From an uncultured delta proteobacterium (GTDB lineage: Bacteria; Desulfobacterota; WTBG01; JAGOGO01): a stretch of 64,000 bases of DNA. The stretch spans positions 3,680-67,679 of the forward strand of contig CAVTQE010000021.1 in NCBI GenBank assembly GCA_963736755.1, written 5' to 3'. Position 1 is the stretch's first letter, and every line of letters begins with the position of its first letter. A model generated the notes under the pieces. The model was not told the origin of the DNA and made no database searches. It was given only the letters and a program-made list of their open reading frames with translations. Positions 1-11,872 of this stretch are shown here, piece after piece. The position numbers and the translations under genes are program-made.

Positions 1-2
1 GG

Positions 3-140
3 AATTATAATTTTGACACCATGACCAATATCATTGATGTTCATATTAATCATCTCCGGGCTAAAATTGATAAAGACTTCTCCCCAAAACTAATCCATAC
101 CGTTAAGGGTGTTGGTTATGTCTTCAAAGGGAAGGATTAA
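3..140 (+). CDS. OmpR/PhoB-family response regulator, C-terminal fragment (5-prime end outside window)
   Basis: Frame is open from the window edge to TAA at 138-140. It translates [45 protein letters not shown], a typical winged-helix (Trans_reg_C) tail. The stop overlaps the start region of the downstream kinase. Confidence 0.75.
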   Translation, partial: NYNFDTMTNIIDVHINHLRAKIDKDFSPKLIHTVKGVGYVFKGKD

Positions 141-1566
141 GTTTTACAAACGACTCGATGTGAGGATGGCGTTATGGTACACGGTAACGTTTTTGACCAT
201 GATAATCCTTATCTTCGGATTCTTAGACTATCGCTTTCGTCGTAATCTCCTTAAGCAGATCGACCGGATGCTTGCAGATGAGGCGCAAGAAATCATAAAA
301 GAGGGACCTAAAAATTCAGGAGGTTTAAACGATCAGTTAAAAAAATATGAGGAGGTTGTCTCCAACCGCAGATATTACCCCATCGCTTTCCAGTTGCTCG
401 ATCAAAAGGGGAGGATCATTTTTTCCTCCTTAACTTTACCGGGTCTTGCTTTTCCCAAAGTTTCTCTCGATCACAATAGTTATCAAAAAACTGTTAATAC
501 AACGTTGGATGTTCCCCAAGGAGAAAGTCCTTTCCGCATCTGCACTTATTTCTATAGGGAAAATGGGAAATTAAAATATGTTGTTCAGATAGTAACCTAT
601 CTTCTGACCATGGAGAAAACTATTGAAAACTTTCGGGAACACCTCTTTACTGCGTTTCTTCTGGCCTTTATTTTTGGATCCATCGGAGGGTGGTTCTTAT
701 CCCGGAAATCTTTGCGCCCCATTGATAAAATTACGGCAACAACGAAACGAATAACGGCCAGCAATCTGAGCGAACGACTACCCTTCCAGGGGAGTGACGA
801 TGATCTGGATAGGCTGGCCACGACTATCAATCAGATGATGGAACGTCTGGAAGAATCTTTTCAAAAACTCTCCCGGTTTACTGCTGATGCCGCCCATGAG
901 TTGCGCACTCCGCTCGCTGCTCTTAAGGGTGAGACTGAAGTTTTGCTTTCCCGAAAACGGTCTTCAGAAGACTATCAAGAGGCTCTGACTAATAACCTCG
1001 AACGGCTTGATTTCTTGACCAAGCTCGTTAATGATCTCCTCATTCTCTCTCAAGCAGACGAAGGCAAGGCAAGCCTCAAGATTGAAAATCTAAATTTTTC
1101 CGAACTGCTTAAAGAACTCTATGAGGCCTTCAATATTGTGGCAATTCAGAAAAAAATTGATTTTACCTTTTCGGCACCCGAGGAGGTACTGATAAATGGC
1201 GACAGTATAAAGCTGAAACAGCTTTTTAGCAACCTCATTGATAATGCCATAAAATATACCCCTGATGGAGGGGATATTAGTCTTATCGTACAACCGGGAA
1301 AAGACCAGGTAATAGTTGTCCTAAAAGACACGGGCATAGGAATACCCAGCGATGATTTACCCCATATATTCGACCGATTTTACCGGGTAGATACATCCCG
1401 CTCCCGTCTATCGGGCGGAGTAGGTCTTGGCTTAAGTATTTGTCAATGGATTGTAAAGGCTCATCACGGAACCATTGACGTAAAAAGCCAACCTCACCAG
1501 GGAACTACCTTTACCCTTATGCTGCCCACCCAACCTGCCGGGATTTCTCCAAACATGAAGATATAA
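118..1566 (+). CDS. sensor histidine kinase (TM-periplasmic-TM, HAMP, HisKA, HATPase_c)
   Basis: ORF 109..1566; ATG at 118 is likely, GTG at 109 possible. H-box [17 protein letters not shown]-box [10 protein letters not shown]-boxes DTGIGIP and GGVGLGLSI. Two hydrophobic segments flank a region of about 140 aa. Confidence 0.9.
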   Translation: MSSKGRIKFYKRLDVRMALWYTVTFLTMIILIFGFLDYRFRRNLLKQIDRMLADEAQEIIKEGPKNSGGLNDQLKKYEEVVSNRRYYPIAFQLLDQKGRIIFSSLTLPGLAFPKVSLDHNSYQKTVNTTLDVPQGESPFRICTYFYRENGKLKYVVQIVTYLLTMEKTIENFREHLFTAFLLAFIFGSIGGWFLSRKSLRPIDKITATTKRITASNLSERLPFQGSDDDLDRLATTINQMMERLEESFQKLSRFTADAAHELRTPLAALKGETEVLLSRKRSSEDYQEALTNNLERLDFLTKLVNDLLILSQADEGKASLKIENLNFSELLKELYEAFNIVAIQKKIDFTFSAPEEVLINGDSIKLKQLFSNLIDNAIKYTPDGGDISLIVQPGKDQVIVVLKDTGIGIPSDDLPHIFDRFYRVDTSRSRLSGGVGLGLSICQWIVKAHHGTIDVKSQPHQGTTFTLMLPTQPAGISPNMKI

Positions 1567-1918
1567 TTTATATAATCTAATTTAGAGCGTTACAGAGAGA
1601 GACGGGTAGAAAAAAGGATTTGAATTTTTGATTCATGTATAATACCATTGGCAGGCAGACTCAGGCGTATTGAGCAGGGATTCCAAAGGCGTCTTTGGTG
1701 GGCGCAGTCGTGGGAGGGTTTCTTTTTCAGTTTGTTGCTATACCTGATTTTGCTGATGCTCTACCGCATGCTCTTTTAAAAATAACGGAAGAAGAGGAGA
1801 CATCGTAAAATGTTATCTTGAGTGGTGGTCATCCTAATTCTCGTTATCCCGCGAGATTACCAGGTATAGCTCTGACTTATAGTTATGTTCATCCTTATAA
1901 TCATTGGTTACGTAAATT

Positions 1919-3628
1919 TTGTTAGGTAAACGGCACACTTTTTTTAGATTTCTGCCACGCTGCGCTAAATCGCAGGCTTTGCGAGTTTCTCAGAAGGAAC
2001 GCGCAGACATACCTTTCTGGTCACACTATGCTGACCTGTTGGTCGGCATCGTCTGCATCGCATCGGTGTTCTGTTTTCTTGGGTCGCGCGATATCGCGGA
2101 TGTGCGCGAACGGCGAATCGCAGGCACGGCGGCGGATGTAGCTGATCACGGCCATTGGCTGTTGCCGCAATTAGAAGGTAAACCGCGGATTTTGAAACCC
2201 CCGTTTGCGGATTGGATCGCGGTGGGAAGCATGCGGCTGCTGGGACGAAATGAGTTCGGCTTCCGACTGCCGTTTGCGCTCGCCGGCTTGGGCATTATCT
2301 TTGTGGCCTGGGCGATAACGCGCCGACTTTTTGACGGTGAAACCGGACGGATTGCCGCCCTGATTTTGGCCGTCACACCTTATTTTATTTCCGAATGTCA
2401 TTCGCCGAGCCAAGATTTATTGCTGAGCTTTTTTACAGGCCTTGCTCTGCTGCTGTGGCTGGTCTGGAAAAAGGAGGGCCGACCGTGGTCAGCTTCGTGG
2501 TGGGGGTTTTATGTCAGCCTGTCGTTAGCCTGCTTGTTCAAGGGGCCGTTGGCACTGGTTATTGTGAGTATACCTATTGTGCTGGAACTATGGGTGTCGC
2601 ATCAATGGCAGCTGGGAGTGCGGATGCGGCCGTGGTGGGGACTGCTCATGGTGATAGGATTCGCATTTGCCTGGCCAATAATGCTTTGGTTATGGAACAA
2701 AGACTTTCTGCTGCAGGTGATTGCTGACGTAAAACGGTCTGTGGTTCCGAGCCAGGAGCATCATGGTTGGAGTTATTTCCAACACCTGGGCAATTGGCCG
2801 TGGTTCACCTACCCCTGGAGTATTTTCGGCATCGGGGCGCTTTTTTTGCCGGCCTGGGGACGAAAATTGCAAAGCTGGTCACGACTGCGGTTTTGTTCCT
2901 TGTGGTTGACCGGAAACTTCGTTTTCTTCGCAGCATGTGCCAAACAGCCGATCCATCATCTCTTGCCGGTGATTCCTTCCGTGGGCGTGATTGAGGCTGT
3001 GCTGCTGAGGCAGTTTCTGAAAACAATTGAGAGCAGGAATATAGATCGTTTTGGCTGGGTTGTGGCTGGTTTGCTTTCTTTGTGCTGTGTGCTCTTCTCT
3101 TTCGGGGTTGGTTTCTCTATGTATTCTCGCGGAATTGCGAGCCTCACGGTGGCCCTTGCCGTGGGCTGCTGTCTTGCCATTCCAGCATTCATAGGTTCCT
3201 GTTTTCTTTTTTCACGCCCTCAAAGGGCTTTTAAACTTTTCGTTTTAACCGGTGTGCTGTGTATAATCACGATTTCCGGCTGGATCGAACCACCGATGAG
3301 CGCTCGGAGAAGCATTGTCAGCTTTGCCCACGGCATTAACCGCCTTGTGCCCGGGAATGAACCGATATATTTCACTCACACGAAAGAAGCTCTTCCTTTC
3401 TACGCGCGGCGCGAGTTTCGAAGGTTGGAGCTTGATCCACAACCCCGGGCGGTTGTGTCCGCGCTGGCTTCCAGAAAACAAGGTTACTTTCTTGTCTCTC
3501 AAGACATCTATGAAATGCTGGCGGCTTTAGGAAAAGATCAACTCATGTTTGAGGTGGTTCTCAGGCATGAGAATTCGGAAAAAAATAATGCCATACCTCT
3601 GCTCTTGGTGCATTTCGTTGCTCGGTAG
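1919..3628 (+). CDS. GT39/GT83 (ArnT/PMT_2-like) polytopic membrane glycosyltransferase; start codon uncertain
   Basis: 569-aa ORF with about 12 hydrophobic segments. The N-terminal pattern LEGKPRILKPPFADWIAVGSMRLLGRNEFGFRLPFALAGL and the KGP loop (CLFKGPLALV) are typical of ArnT-like GT-C enzymes. Visibly GC-richer than neighbours. The track start is TTG and there is no ATG near the first TM segment. Confidence 0.72.
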   Translation: MLGKRHTFFRFLPRCAKSQALRVSQKERADIPFWSHYADLLVGIVCIASVFCFLGSRDIADVRERRIAGTAADVADHGHWLLPQLEGKPRILKPPFADWIAVGSMRLLGRNEFGFRLPFALAGLGIIFVAWAITRRLFDGETGRIAALILAVTPYFISECHSPSQDLLLSFFTGLALLLWLVWKKEGRPWSASWWGFYVSLSLACLFKGPLALVIVSIPIVLELWVSHQWQLGVRMRPWWGLLMVIGFAFAWPIMLWLWNKDFLLQVIADVKRSVVPSQEHHGWSYFQHLGNWPWFTYPWSIFGIGALFLPAWGRKLQSWSRLRFCSLWLTGNFVFFAACAKQPIHHLLPVIPSVGVIEAVLLRQFLKTIESRNIDRFGWVVAGLLSLCCVLFSFGVGFSMYSRGIASLTVALAVGCCLAIPAFIGSCFLFSRPQRAFKLFVLTGVLCIITISGWIEPPMSARRSIVSFAHGINRLVPGNEPIYFTHTKEALPFYARREFRRLELDPQPRAVVSALASRKQGYFLVSQDIYEMLAALGKDQLMFEVVLRHENSEKNNAIPLLLVHFVAR

Positions 3629-4173
3629 TAGTATGAGGGGAAAAGGCATGGCTCAGATAAAAAAGAAAGATAGCGGTGACTTTTCTAACCCGCGAAGGTA
3701 ATCCAGAAGTTTCTTCTTGCATACGTAACGAGCATCAGTTCACCAGAGACAACATTTCGTCAGTATATGTTTCTTAAGAAAAATTAATTTTTAATTAATG
3801 CAAGGTTAATCTTCATTGAGTTATAATAAAAATTTAAGAGTCTTTGAAACAAATTTGCTATAATTATTCAGCAATTATCACTCAACCTGATGACGATCGC
3901 TATGTTGTTGAAGTTTTTGGGAAAAGCGCTTTGGGTTTGCACGGAATTTCTCCGACTTTCCGGCTGAAGCCCCCTCTCGACTTCAGGTGCGTTGACGTTG
4001 GCATTTTGGCGATCACCGTTCATACTGTCTTTATGCATGGATCCCCTTTAGCACGCGGTGAAAATAAACATTGCTTTTCCCGACGGTCGTGTGGTCCGCA
4101 AAAATGACCTTTATGGAAAGTTTTGAGGTGACAAGAAAAGTTCTGCAAAACAAATGGTAAAGGAAAGTAAGTT

Positions 4174-5325
4174 ATGAGAAAAGAGTTTTTGCCATTTTCG
4201 CGTCCCTCCATTATTGAGGAAGATATCACCGCCATTGCCGAGGTACTGCGGTCAGGATGGATTACAACCGGGGCGAAATGTACTGACTTTGAAGAGAATT
4301 TCTGCAAGTACGTTGGTTGTTCGGGGGCGGTGGCGCTCACTTCCGCGACTGCGGGCATGCATCTTTTGCTGCACGCTTTACGTATCGGCCCGGGAGATGA
4401 GGTTATTACGCCGTCAATGACCTGGGTTTCTACGGTGAATCTTATTGTCCTCGCAGGTGCGACACCAGTGTTTGCGGATATTGAACGGGACACGTTGATG
4501 GTATCTGGTGATTCAATGAGGGAATGCCTGAGCGAGCGAACACGGTTAATTGTTCCGGTTCATTTTGCCGGGGCTCCTGCGGATATAGATTCTATCCGCC
4601 GGCTCGCTGCACGGAATAATATTTTTATTGCTGATGATGCCGCCCACGCGCTGGGAACTGAGTATAAGGGCACCCGTATTGGCCAAACCGGGACAGCGAT
4701 TTTTTCCTTTCATCCCATAAAAAATATTACCACGGGTGAGGGCGGTATGTTTTGTTCAGACAACCCCGAGCTTCTGGAGCGTGTCCGCCAGTTGAAGTTC
4801 CACGGGTTGGGCGTGGATGCGTACGATCGTTTTACCCACGGGCGTTCTCCCCAGGCCCAGGTTATTGCCCCCGGATATAAGTATAACCTCACCGATATTG
4901 CTGCCGCTTTGGGACTGAAACAACTGGCCCGGCTCGAGGCGTTCATTAAAAAACGAACTGCATTAGCCCTGCGATACCGTGAACGGCTTGTCGAACTTGA
5001 TGAAATCACGCCCCTTTCTGATCCCTTGTATTCGATGAAGCACTCCTGGCATCTTTTTATTATTCGCTTAGATATTGATAAGGTAGGCCTAAGCCGGGAT
5101 GCGTTCATGGAAGAATTAAAAAAGAGAAATATTGGCACCGGACTTCATTTTCGGGCGGTGCACCTCCAGAAATATTATCGGGAGTCAATGGGCACATGCC
5201 GGGGGATGCTGCCGAACACCGAGTGGAACTCCGACCGGATCTGCTCTCTCCCGCTTTTCCCGGACATGACCATTGAAGACGTGGATGAGGTTGTGGACAC
5301 AATAAAAGAGGTGTTAAAGCGATGA
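4174..5325 (+). CDS. arnB: UDP-4-amino-4-deoxy-L-arabinose--oxoglutarate aminotransferase
   Basis: 383 aa, near-colinear with recalled E. coli ArnB: [48 protein letters not shown] (PLP lysine), [29 protein letters not shown]. Confidence 0.92.
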   Translation: MRKEFLPFSRPSIIEEDITAIAEVLRSGWITTGAKCTDFEENFCKYVGCSGAVALTSATAGMHLLLHALRIGPGDEVITPSMTWVSTVNLIVLAGATPVFADIERDTLMVSGDSMRECLSERTRLIVPVHFAGAPADIDSIRRLAARNNIFIADDAAHALGTEYKGTRIGQTGTAIFSFHPIKNITTGEGGMFCSDNPELLERVRQLKFHGLGVDAYDRFTHGRSPQAQVIAPGYKYNLTDIAAALGLKQLARLEAFIKKRTALALRYRERLVELDEITPLSDPLYSMKHSWHLFIIRLDIDKVGLSRDAFMEELKKRNIGTGLHFRAVHLQKYYRESMGTCRGMLPNTEWNSDRICSLPLFPDMTIEDVDEVVDTIKEVLKR

Positions 5326-6282
5326 GTAAAACCCCTTTGTTATCGGTTGTTATTCCTGTGTTTAACGAGGAGGCGAACCTTAAGGAGCTTATCGGTCGTT
5401 GCTTGACAACCTGTATCAGCCTGGGAAAGACCTTCGAGATCATTCTGGTGGATGATGGCAGTTCTGACCGCTCTGCTCAGCTTATTACCGAAGCTGCCGA
5501 ACAGAATCCGGGCAAAATCATTGGGGTCCTGCTAAACCGGAATTATGGACAGCACGCTGCGGTTATGGCGGGCTTTGCCGAATCACGGGGTGAAATTGTT
5601 GTTACCCTCGATGCTGATCTCCAGAATCCTCCAGAGGAAATTCCAAAGTTGGTTAAAAAAATGGAAACCGGATTTGATGTCGTCGGCAGCATTCGATTGT
5701 CCCGGCGGGATACCTTGTTCAGGAAAATGAGTTCTTTTTTAATCAACAAGGCAGTACAGCAGTCAACGGGGGTGTTGATGCATGATTATGGTTGCATGCT
5801 CCGGGCATATCGCCGGCCCATTGTAGAGGCCATGCTTCAATGTCAGGAACGGACCACTTTTATCCCGGTACTTGCCAACAGTTTTGCTCGGTTCACCACA
5901 GAAATAGAAGTGCAACACGAAAAGCGTTCTCAAGGCAGTTCGAAATATAGCTTATGGAAACTTATCAATCTCATGTTTGATCTGTTGACGAGCATGACGA
6001 CATTTCCCCTAAGACTTTTGACTCTCATCGGGACTACTATAGCCGCGGGTGGATTCGGACTGGGTCTCCTTCATCTTGGCGATGCGAATGATTTATGGGA
6101 TTGGATGGGCCGCAGAAGGTGTCTTCACCTTGTTTGCTCTTCTTTTTATTTTCATTGGTGCCCAATTTATCGGCATGGGCTTACTGGGCGAATATATCGG
6201 CCGGATTTATCGGGATGTGAGAGCTCGCCCCCGATATTTTGTTCAAAAAGTCGTTGGCCGTACCAATGAGCAAAACGTTTGA
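5322..6282 (+). pseudogene. arnC: undecaprenyl-phosphate 4-deoxy-4-formamido-L-arabinose transferase (GT2), interrupted by one apparent +1 frameshift near 6060-6075
   Basis: The frame from 5322 matches ArnC ([50 protein letters not shown]) up to [10 protein letters not shown]. The conserved C-terminus [48 protein letters not shown] continues in ORF 6049..6282, one frame over. ATGA overlap with the arnB stop. Confidence 0.88.
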
Positions 6283-6432
6283 AAGATTGTTACGGAATAG
6301 ATTCTTTTCTTACTGGCCATTCTTTGCTGTTACTAAGCACTTAAATTAAGCACCGGAAAATAAAAAATAATAATAAATCAATGGACAAAAAACAACTATT
6401 TATTGATCGGCAGGAATGAGGTGAAATCAACA

Positions 6433-8437
6433 ATGAAAGCTGTGGTCTTAGCCTATCATAATATCGGCTGTATCGGCATTGATGCCCTGGTGCGAAACGG
6501 GTTCGAGGTTGCTGCGGTTTTTACCCACAAGGATGATCCTCACGAAAACCTCTGGTTTAATTCGGTTACCGAATGTGCTGCGAGCCATAATCTTCTCGTT
6601 TATGCACCCGATGATATTAACCACCCCCTCTGGGTAAAAAAGATTCAAGAACTCGCGCCGGATATTATTTTTTCTTTCTATTACCGCCACCTTGTTCGTC
6701 CTCCCATCCTCGCCATCCCACCCGCTGGATGCCTCAATCTTCACGGATCGCTCCTTCCCAAGTACCGTGGACGTTGTCCGATAAACTGGGTGCTGATCAA
6801 CGGTGAGAAAGAAACCGGGGTTACGCTTCATTACATGACTCCCCGGGCTGACGATGGAGATATTGTCGGTCAGAAGAGAATCCCAATTTCTGATTATGAC
6901 ACTGCGCGGTCGCTTTACGAAAAAATGGTTGCGGCTTCGCACCAATTGCTCGATGAAATTCTTCCCCAGATAAAAAAAGGAACGGTAACGCGCCAACCTC
7001 AGGACCATGCTCAGGCAACGTATTATGGCGGACGAAGGCCCAAAGACGGTGAAATAAACTGGGCTGCCACGGCCTTTCAGGTGAGAAATCTGGTGCGGGC
7101 GGTGACTATCCCTTATCCGGGCGCATTCAGCTATATCGGTGACCGCAAATGTTTTTTTTGGATGGTTACCGAAATGCCTGATAATGATAAAAAAACGAAT
7201 CCCGGGACCATTATTTCTCTTGATCCTTTGGTGATTCAGTGCGGAAAAGGCGCCATCCGCGTTGATTTCGGCCAGGCTGAAAATGGTATTTACATGGGCG
7301 GCACCCAGCTTGCCCGCGAACTCAATCTTGTTGAGGGGATGACCTTTGGACTCTCTACCAGCAAACACATCGAGATGACGAAAAAAGAAGAAAATTCTCA
7401 TTTTAGGGATTGATGGCTTTATCGGTAACGCTTTAAGTGAAAAGCTTCTGGATAACGGAAACTATGAAGTACACGGGTTAGACCTCCAATCCAACTCTAT
7501 TCAACGCTTTTTGGATAAACCAGGATTCTATTTTCATGAAGGGGATATTGCCATTCACCGCGAATGGATCGAGTACCACATAAAAAAATGCGATATAGTA
7601 ATCCCGCTGGTGGCCATTGCCACACCCATAGAATATACGCGCAGGCCACTTCAGGTGTTTGAGCTCGATTTTGAAGAAAATCTGAGAGTTGTCCGATACT
7701 GTGTGAAATATAAAAAACGGCTTATTTTTCCTTCAACGTCTGAAGTTTATGGAATGTGTGATGAAGGTGAGTTTAATGAGGATACGTCGAAATTAGTGTT
7801 AGGCCCTATCCGCATGCAGCGCTGGATTTACTCCTGCAGCAAGCAATTGCTTGACCGGGTTATTTGGGCATACGGTCAGCAGGAAGGGCTCCACTTTACC
7901 CTCTTTCGTCCTTTCAATTGGATCGGGCCGCGTCTCGATAGTTTGAGATCGGCACGGATCGGGAGTTCTCGCGCTATTACCCAACTCATCCTTAACCTGG
8001 TAGAAGGAACGCCGATTAAACTCATTGACGGGGGAAATCAGAAACGTTGTTTTACCGATATTGCCGATGGGATTGAATGCTTGTTTCGAATTATCGAAAA
8101 TCCTAACCATTGTTGTGATGGGCAGATCATCAATATTGGCAACCCGGATAATGAGGCGAGCATCAAACTACTGGGAGAGATGTTGGTGAAAAAATTTGAA
8201 GAACATCCCCTCCGGTCAAATTTCCCGCCATTTGCCGGTTTTCAGGAGGTAGAAAGCTCGGCATATTATGGAAGTGGTTATCAGGATTTGCAACACCGAA
8301 GGCCAAGCATTCGGAAAGCCAAGCAGCTCTTGCAGTGGAAACCTTCGATAGAGTTTGAGCAATCTGTAGAGCAAACCCTCGATTTTTTCTTACGGGAAGC
8401 TATCGGCTCTGGTGGATACGATGAAGACAACCGGTGA
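6433..8437 (+). pseudogene. arnA: bifunctional UDP-L-Ara4N formyltransferase / UDP-glucuronate C-4 decarboxylase, interrupted by one frameshift at the A6 run 7381-7386
   Basis: The N-terminal domain (from MKAVVLAYHNIGCIG at 6433, RBS GAGGTG) has the HGSLLPKYRGRCPINW formyltransferase motif. The frame ends at 7413. The next frame reads [23 protein letters not shown] (Rossmann motif) and continues into ORF 7511..8437 ([51 protein letters not shown]), colinear with the ArnA C-domain. Confidence 0.9.
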
Positions 8438-8443
8438 TTGCTT

Positions 8444-9358
8444 ATGAGCCGTTATAATCACGGTGCCATGAGGATAGGCCTGCGGATTGACGTTGATACG
8501 TTTAGAGGTACTCGTTTCGGCGTGCCCAGTCTGGGTAAACTTTTAGCGGAGTTCGGTATCACCGCCTCATTCTTTTTTTCTGTGGGGCCGGATAATATGG
8601 GGCGTCATCTTTGGCGATTGCTTCGTCCCGCATTTTTAAAAAAGATGCTGCGTTCCAAGGCAACGAAACTGTATGGCTGGGATATCCTTTTCAAAGGCGT
8701 GTTCTGGCCAGGGCCAGTGATCGGGGAAAAACTGGGGCCTCTTATTCGAGCGACAGCGGAGGCAGGTCATGAAATTGGTTTTCATTCCTGGGATCATTAC
8801 GCATGGCAGAGGCACCTTCATAACATGAGCAGTGATGTCATCCATGATACGTTTAAAAGAGGTATCGCACTGCTTACCACGATTTTGGACCGGCCACCCT
8901 CATGTTCTGCGGTTCCGGGATGGAAATGTAACGATCAGGTCCTAAAGGAGAAAGCCACATTTCCTTTTACGTACAACAGTGACTGCCGGGGGAAAAGCAT
9001 ATTTTTCCCCATTGTGAATGGAATAACACTTTCCCAGCCCCAAATTCCCGTTACCTTACCAACGTATGATGAAGTTATCGGACGTAAGGGAATTTCAAAC
9101 CACAATTACAATGAGTATATCCTTTCTTTGCTTCAACCCCACGGGCTTAATGTGTTGGCCATTCACGCGGAAGTAGAAGGAATGACCTGTCTTAAGATGT
9201 TTGAGCAGTTTCTGAAACAGGCCCAATCCCAGGGGGCAACGTTTAGCCCCTTAGGAGGTTTGCTTACTGATGCTTCGCAGTTTGAATGTTCTCCCATGAT
9301 TCCCAAAACAATTCCTGGCCGTGAGGGATGGGTTTCTTGCCAGGCAACAGTATCTTAA
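8444..9358 (+). CDS. arnD: 4-deoxy-4-formamido-L-arabinose-phosphoundecaprenol deformylase (polysaccharide deacetylase fold)
   Basis: GLRIDVDTFRGTRFGVP, FFFSVGPDNMGRHLWRL, LYGWDILFKG, YNSDCRG, QIPVTLPTYDEVIGR, IHAEVEG and GREGW match recalled ArnD along its length. The start could be 8444 or 8468. Confidence 0.9.
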   Translation: MSRYNHGAMRIGLRIDVDTFRGTRFGVPSLGKLLAEFGITASFFFSVGPDNMGRHLWRLLRPAFLKKMLRSKATKLYGWDILFKGVFWPGPVIGEKLGPLIRATAEAGHEIGFHSWDHYAWQRHLHNMSSDVIHDTFKRGIALLTTILDRPPSCSAVPGWKCNDQVLKEKATFPFTYNSDCRGKSIFFPIVNGITLSQPQIPVTLPTYDEVIGRKGISNHNYNEYILSLLQPHGLNVLAIHAEVEGMTCLKMFEQFLKQAQSQGATFSPLGGLLTDASQFECSPMIPKTIPGREGWVSCQATVS

Positions 9359-9374
9359 TATGCGAGGATACCCT

Positions 9375-9746
9375 ATGAATCGCTATCTTCCCTTGGTCTT
9401 ATGTGGTGTACTTTTGAATGCCTCAGCCCAACTTTTTCTCAAGCAGGGAATGCGAGCCATTGGACCGTTTTCTTTTGTCGCGAAAAACTTTATATCGGTT
9501 GGGCTGAAGGTGGCTTTTAATCCGCATATCCTCCTGGGTATGGCGTGCTATGCTTTTAGTATCATTGTGTGGCTCATGGTTCTGTCTCGGGTGGATGTGA
9601 GTTACGCTTATCCGCTGTTAAGCGTAGGGTATATCGTGACTGCATTAGCAGGACAAATTTTTTTTGGAGAGGTTCTTGGTTTTGCACGGTGGATGGGCAT
9701 TCTTGTCATTTGTTTTGGAGTTTTTCTGATCACCCGAAGCGGGTAA
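9375..9746 (+). CDS. SMR/EamA-type four-TM protein, ArnE/ArnF-like undecaprenyl-phosphate-aminoarabinose flippase subunit
   Basis: About 123 aa with 4 hydrophobic helices. Has the AYPLLSVGYIV motif seen in ArnE/ArnF and sits between arnD and arnT. RBS GAGGA lies 7 nt upstream of ATG 9375. Confidence 0.68.
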   Translation: MNRYLPLVLCGVLLNASAQLFLKQGMRAIGPFSFVAKNFISVGLKVAFNPHILLGMACYAFSIIVWLMVLSRVDVSYAYPLLSVGYIVTALAGQIFFGEVLGFARWMGILVICFGVFLITRSG

Positions 9747-9844
9747 AGAGTGTGAGCACTGCGAAAAGTTTGCCCAAAATCCGCACAGGCTGATACTCCT
9801 TTCAGGCGTTAACGCAGTTCCCGCTGGCAACAAAAAAATAAACA

Positions 9845-11503
9845 ATGAAAAAATTATCTCTTGTTGTAATCGGACTTTTTATTTTGATTTACATCGTGCC
9901 GCTCGGCATGCGACCGGTCGCCCTCCCCGACGAGACCCGGTACGCTGAGATTCCCCGGGAGATGCTCGTTTCGGGAGATTGGGTTGTGCCTCATTTCGAC
10001 GGACTCCGGTATTTTGAAAAACCGGTGATGGGATATTGGTTTAATGCAGCCGCGATGTTTCTTTTTGGCCAAAACGCCTTTGCGACGCGCCTGCCGTCCG
10101 CTCTCGCCACGGGCATGTCTGCGTTGCTGCTTTTTTTGCTCGTCCGAAAATTCGGAGGTGGATATTTAGCAGGCATCAGCACTGCTGCTGTCTTTCTTAC
10201 CTCTATGGAAGTCTTCGGGGTTGGATGTTTCAATGTTTTAGATAACCTATTTTCCCTGTTTTTGGCTGGCGCGATGGTTTCTTTCTTTTTTGCCCATAGA
10301 GAGAAGCAGGCCGGAAAAAAGAATGGCTTTCTGTGGTTTTCGGTGTCTTCTGCGGTCTCGCGTTCCTTACCAAGGGATTCCTTGCTTTTGCGATACCAGT
10401 AATCACGATTGTGCCGTTTATGATCTGGGAACGCAGATGGCAGGAACTCTTCAGGATTTGCTGGGTACCCCTTTTGGCTGCTCTCCTTGTTGCTTTGCCA
10501 TGGAGCGTAATGATCCATCGAACGGGAGCCTGATTTCTGGCACTACTTTTTTTGGGTACAACACATCAAACGGTTTATGTCAGATCACGCCCAGCATCCA
10601 GAATCTTTTTACTACTTTATTCCCCTGTTGTTTCTGGGGGGACTGCCCTGGACGGTGTTCATTCCGGCTGCATTTTCAGGTCTCAAGGAGACAGCTCTCA
10701 AGGATTCATTTCTCCGGTTTGCCTTCTGCTGGTTACTCTTTCCTTTCTTGTTCCTCTCCGCCTCACGGGGCAAACTCGGCACTTACATTCTCCCCTGTTT
10801 TCAGCCTCTGGTAATTCTTATTACTGCGGGTCTTCTCCACTACCTAAAAAAAGAAACAAAATGGGTAACGATTGGTGCGTGTTTCTTGGCAGGGGTAACC
10901 GGATCATGTGCAGTGGGTTTAATTCTCAACCAGGTGTTACCGGTTCCGTTGGGATGGAAACTTTTTGAGCAGACTGAAATCTGGAAACTGATTTTCGTAT
11001 TCTTGGGACTTCTGACCTGGACAGTGTTTTTTGTGGCTGCTGCGGCAACCTCGGATGTTAAGCAAAAACTTGTTTTGTTCTGTCTTGGACCGTTGCTGCT
11101 CATGCTGAGCTCGCACGTTGCCATGCCGGATAGATTTAAAGATGGTCTCGTCCCGGGTGAGTTTTTACTGCGTCATGCAGACAGGATAAGCCCGGACACG
11201 ACCTTGGTTTCTGATAACTACCTCGTGTCTGCGGTTTGCTGGTTTTACAAGCGAAGCGACGTATGCTTGCTCGGCAAACCCGGCGAACTCGACTACGGAG
11301 TATCTCGCGCACCCGAGAAGAACCGTTTATTTACCATTGATCAGTTTCGGGAGCTGGTTGCGCAACCTTCCCGACGCATAACGCTTATTACCCTTGAGAA
11401 ACGCTATAGGCACGATAAGCCCCAGCTTCCACCACCAGCGTTTGTGGATAGTGACCGCGGCTTCGTGTTTGCCCAATTCTATGAGGATCCTAAGAAAAAA
11501 TAA
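9845..11503 (+). pseudogene. arnT: undecaprenyl-phosphate-alpha-L-Ara4N:lipid A arabinosyltransferase (GT83), split over three frames by two apparent frameshifts (A6 run 10315-10320 and about 10508-10520)
   Basis: ORF 9845..10402 carries LPDETRYAEIPREMLVSGDWVVPHFDGLRYFEKPVMGYW, almost identical in pattern to E. coli ArnT. ORF 10333..10533 carries GLAFLTKGFLAFAIPV. ORF 10577..11503, extended upstream, reads EREPDFWHYFFWVQHIKRF...AQHPESFYYFIPLL...SASRGKLGTYILPCF. Confidence 0.88.
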
Positions 11504-11750
11504 TAAAGGCAGCACCGAGCCAAGGAAGGTAACCGCGTAGCTTAGCAGTATATTTTTTTGAAAGGAAATACATGATAAGGAGTTATTTCTGAAGGGTTAT
11601 TTCTCTGATGCTTTGCTTGGGTTTTAACGGTAGATAGGGCGAAGGAGCGCAACAAAAAACTAACCCCAGTAATCAATTGCTCGGGTTTGCCGTTTTCCCC
11701 AGTGCGGTTGAGTGGCTTTTTACATTATATTTTCAAAAACAATTTAGCGT

Positions 11751-11779
11751 TTGACAAAAGATAGTATTAATTTTATTAT
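11751..11779 (+). promoter_or_regulatory. predicted sigma70-type promoter upstream of the LAB_N gene
   Basis: TTGACA-N17-TATTAT. Confidence 0.45.
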
Positions 11780-11872
11780 TTTTAACCTTTTATTGCTATA
11801 AGGCTTTGGATATTTTTAGACCGCATTAATCTCCTGAGGGAGTGACCTCAAACATCGTTAGGGAGGTGTTGA

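Noticed and set aside
3844-4493. ORFs 3844..4107 (+) and 4020..4493 (-) near the arnB start
   Set aside because: They have no RBS or family signal. The second overlaps the well-supported arnB 5-prime end on the opposite strand.
7381-7397. Programmed ribosomal frameshifting at the A-rich arnA junction
   Set aside because: Similar disruptions occur in many unrelated genes and in both directions, and there is no downstream stimulatory structure. A homopolymer length error or mutation is the simpler explanation.
6448-7401. 317-aa ORF on the - strand
   Set aside because: It lies entirely antisense to the arnA formyltransferase domain, and no family is recognisable.
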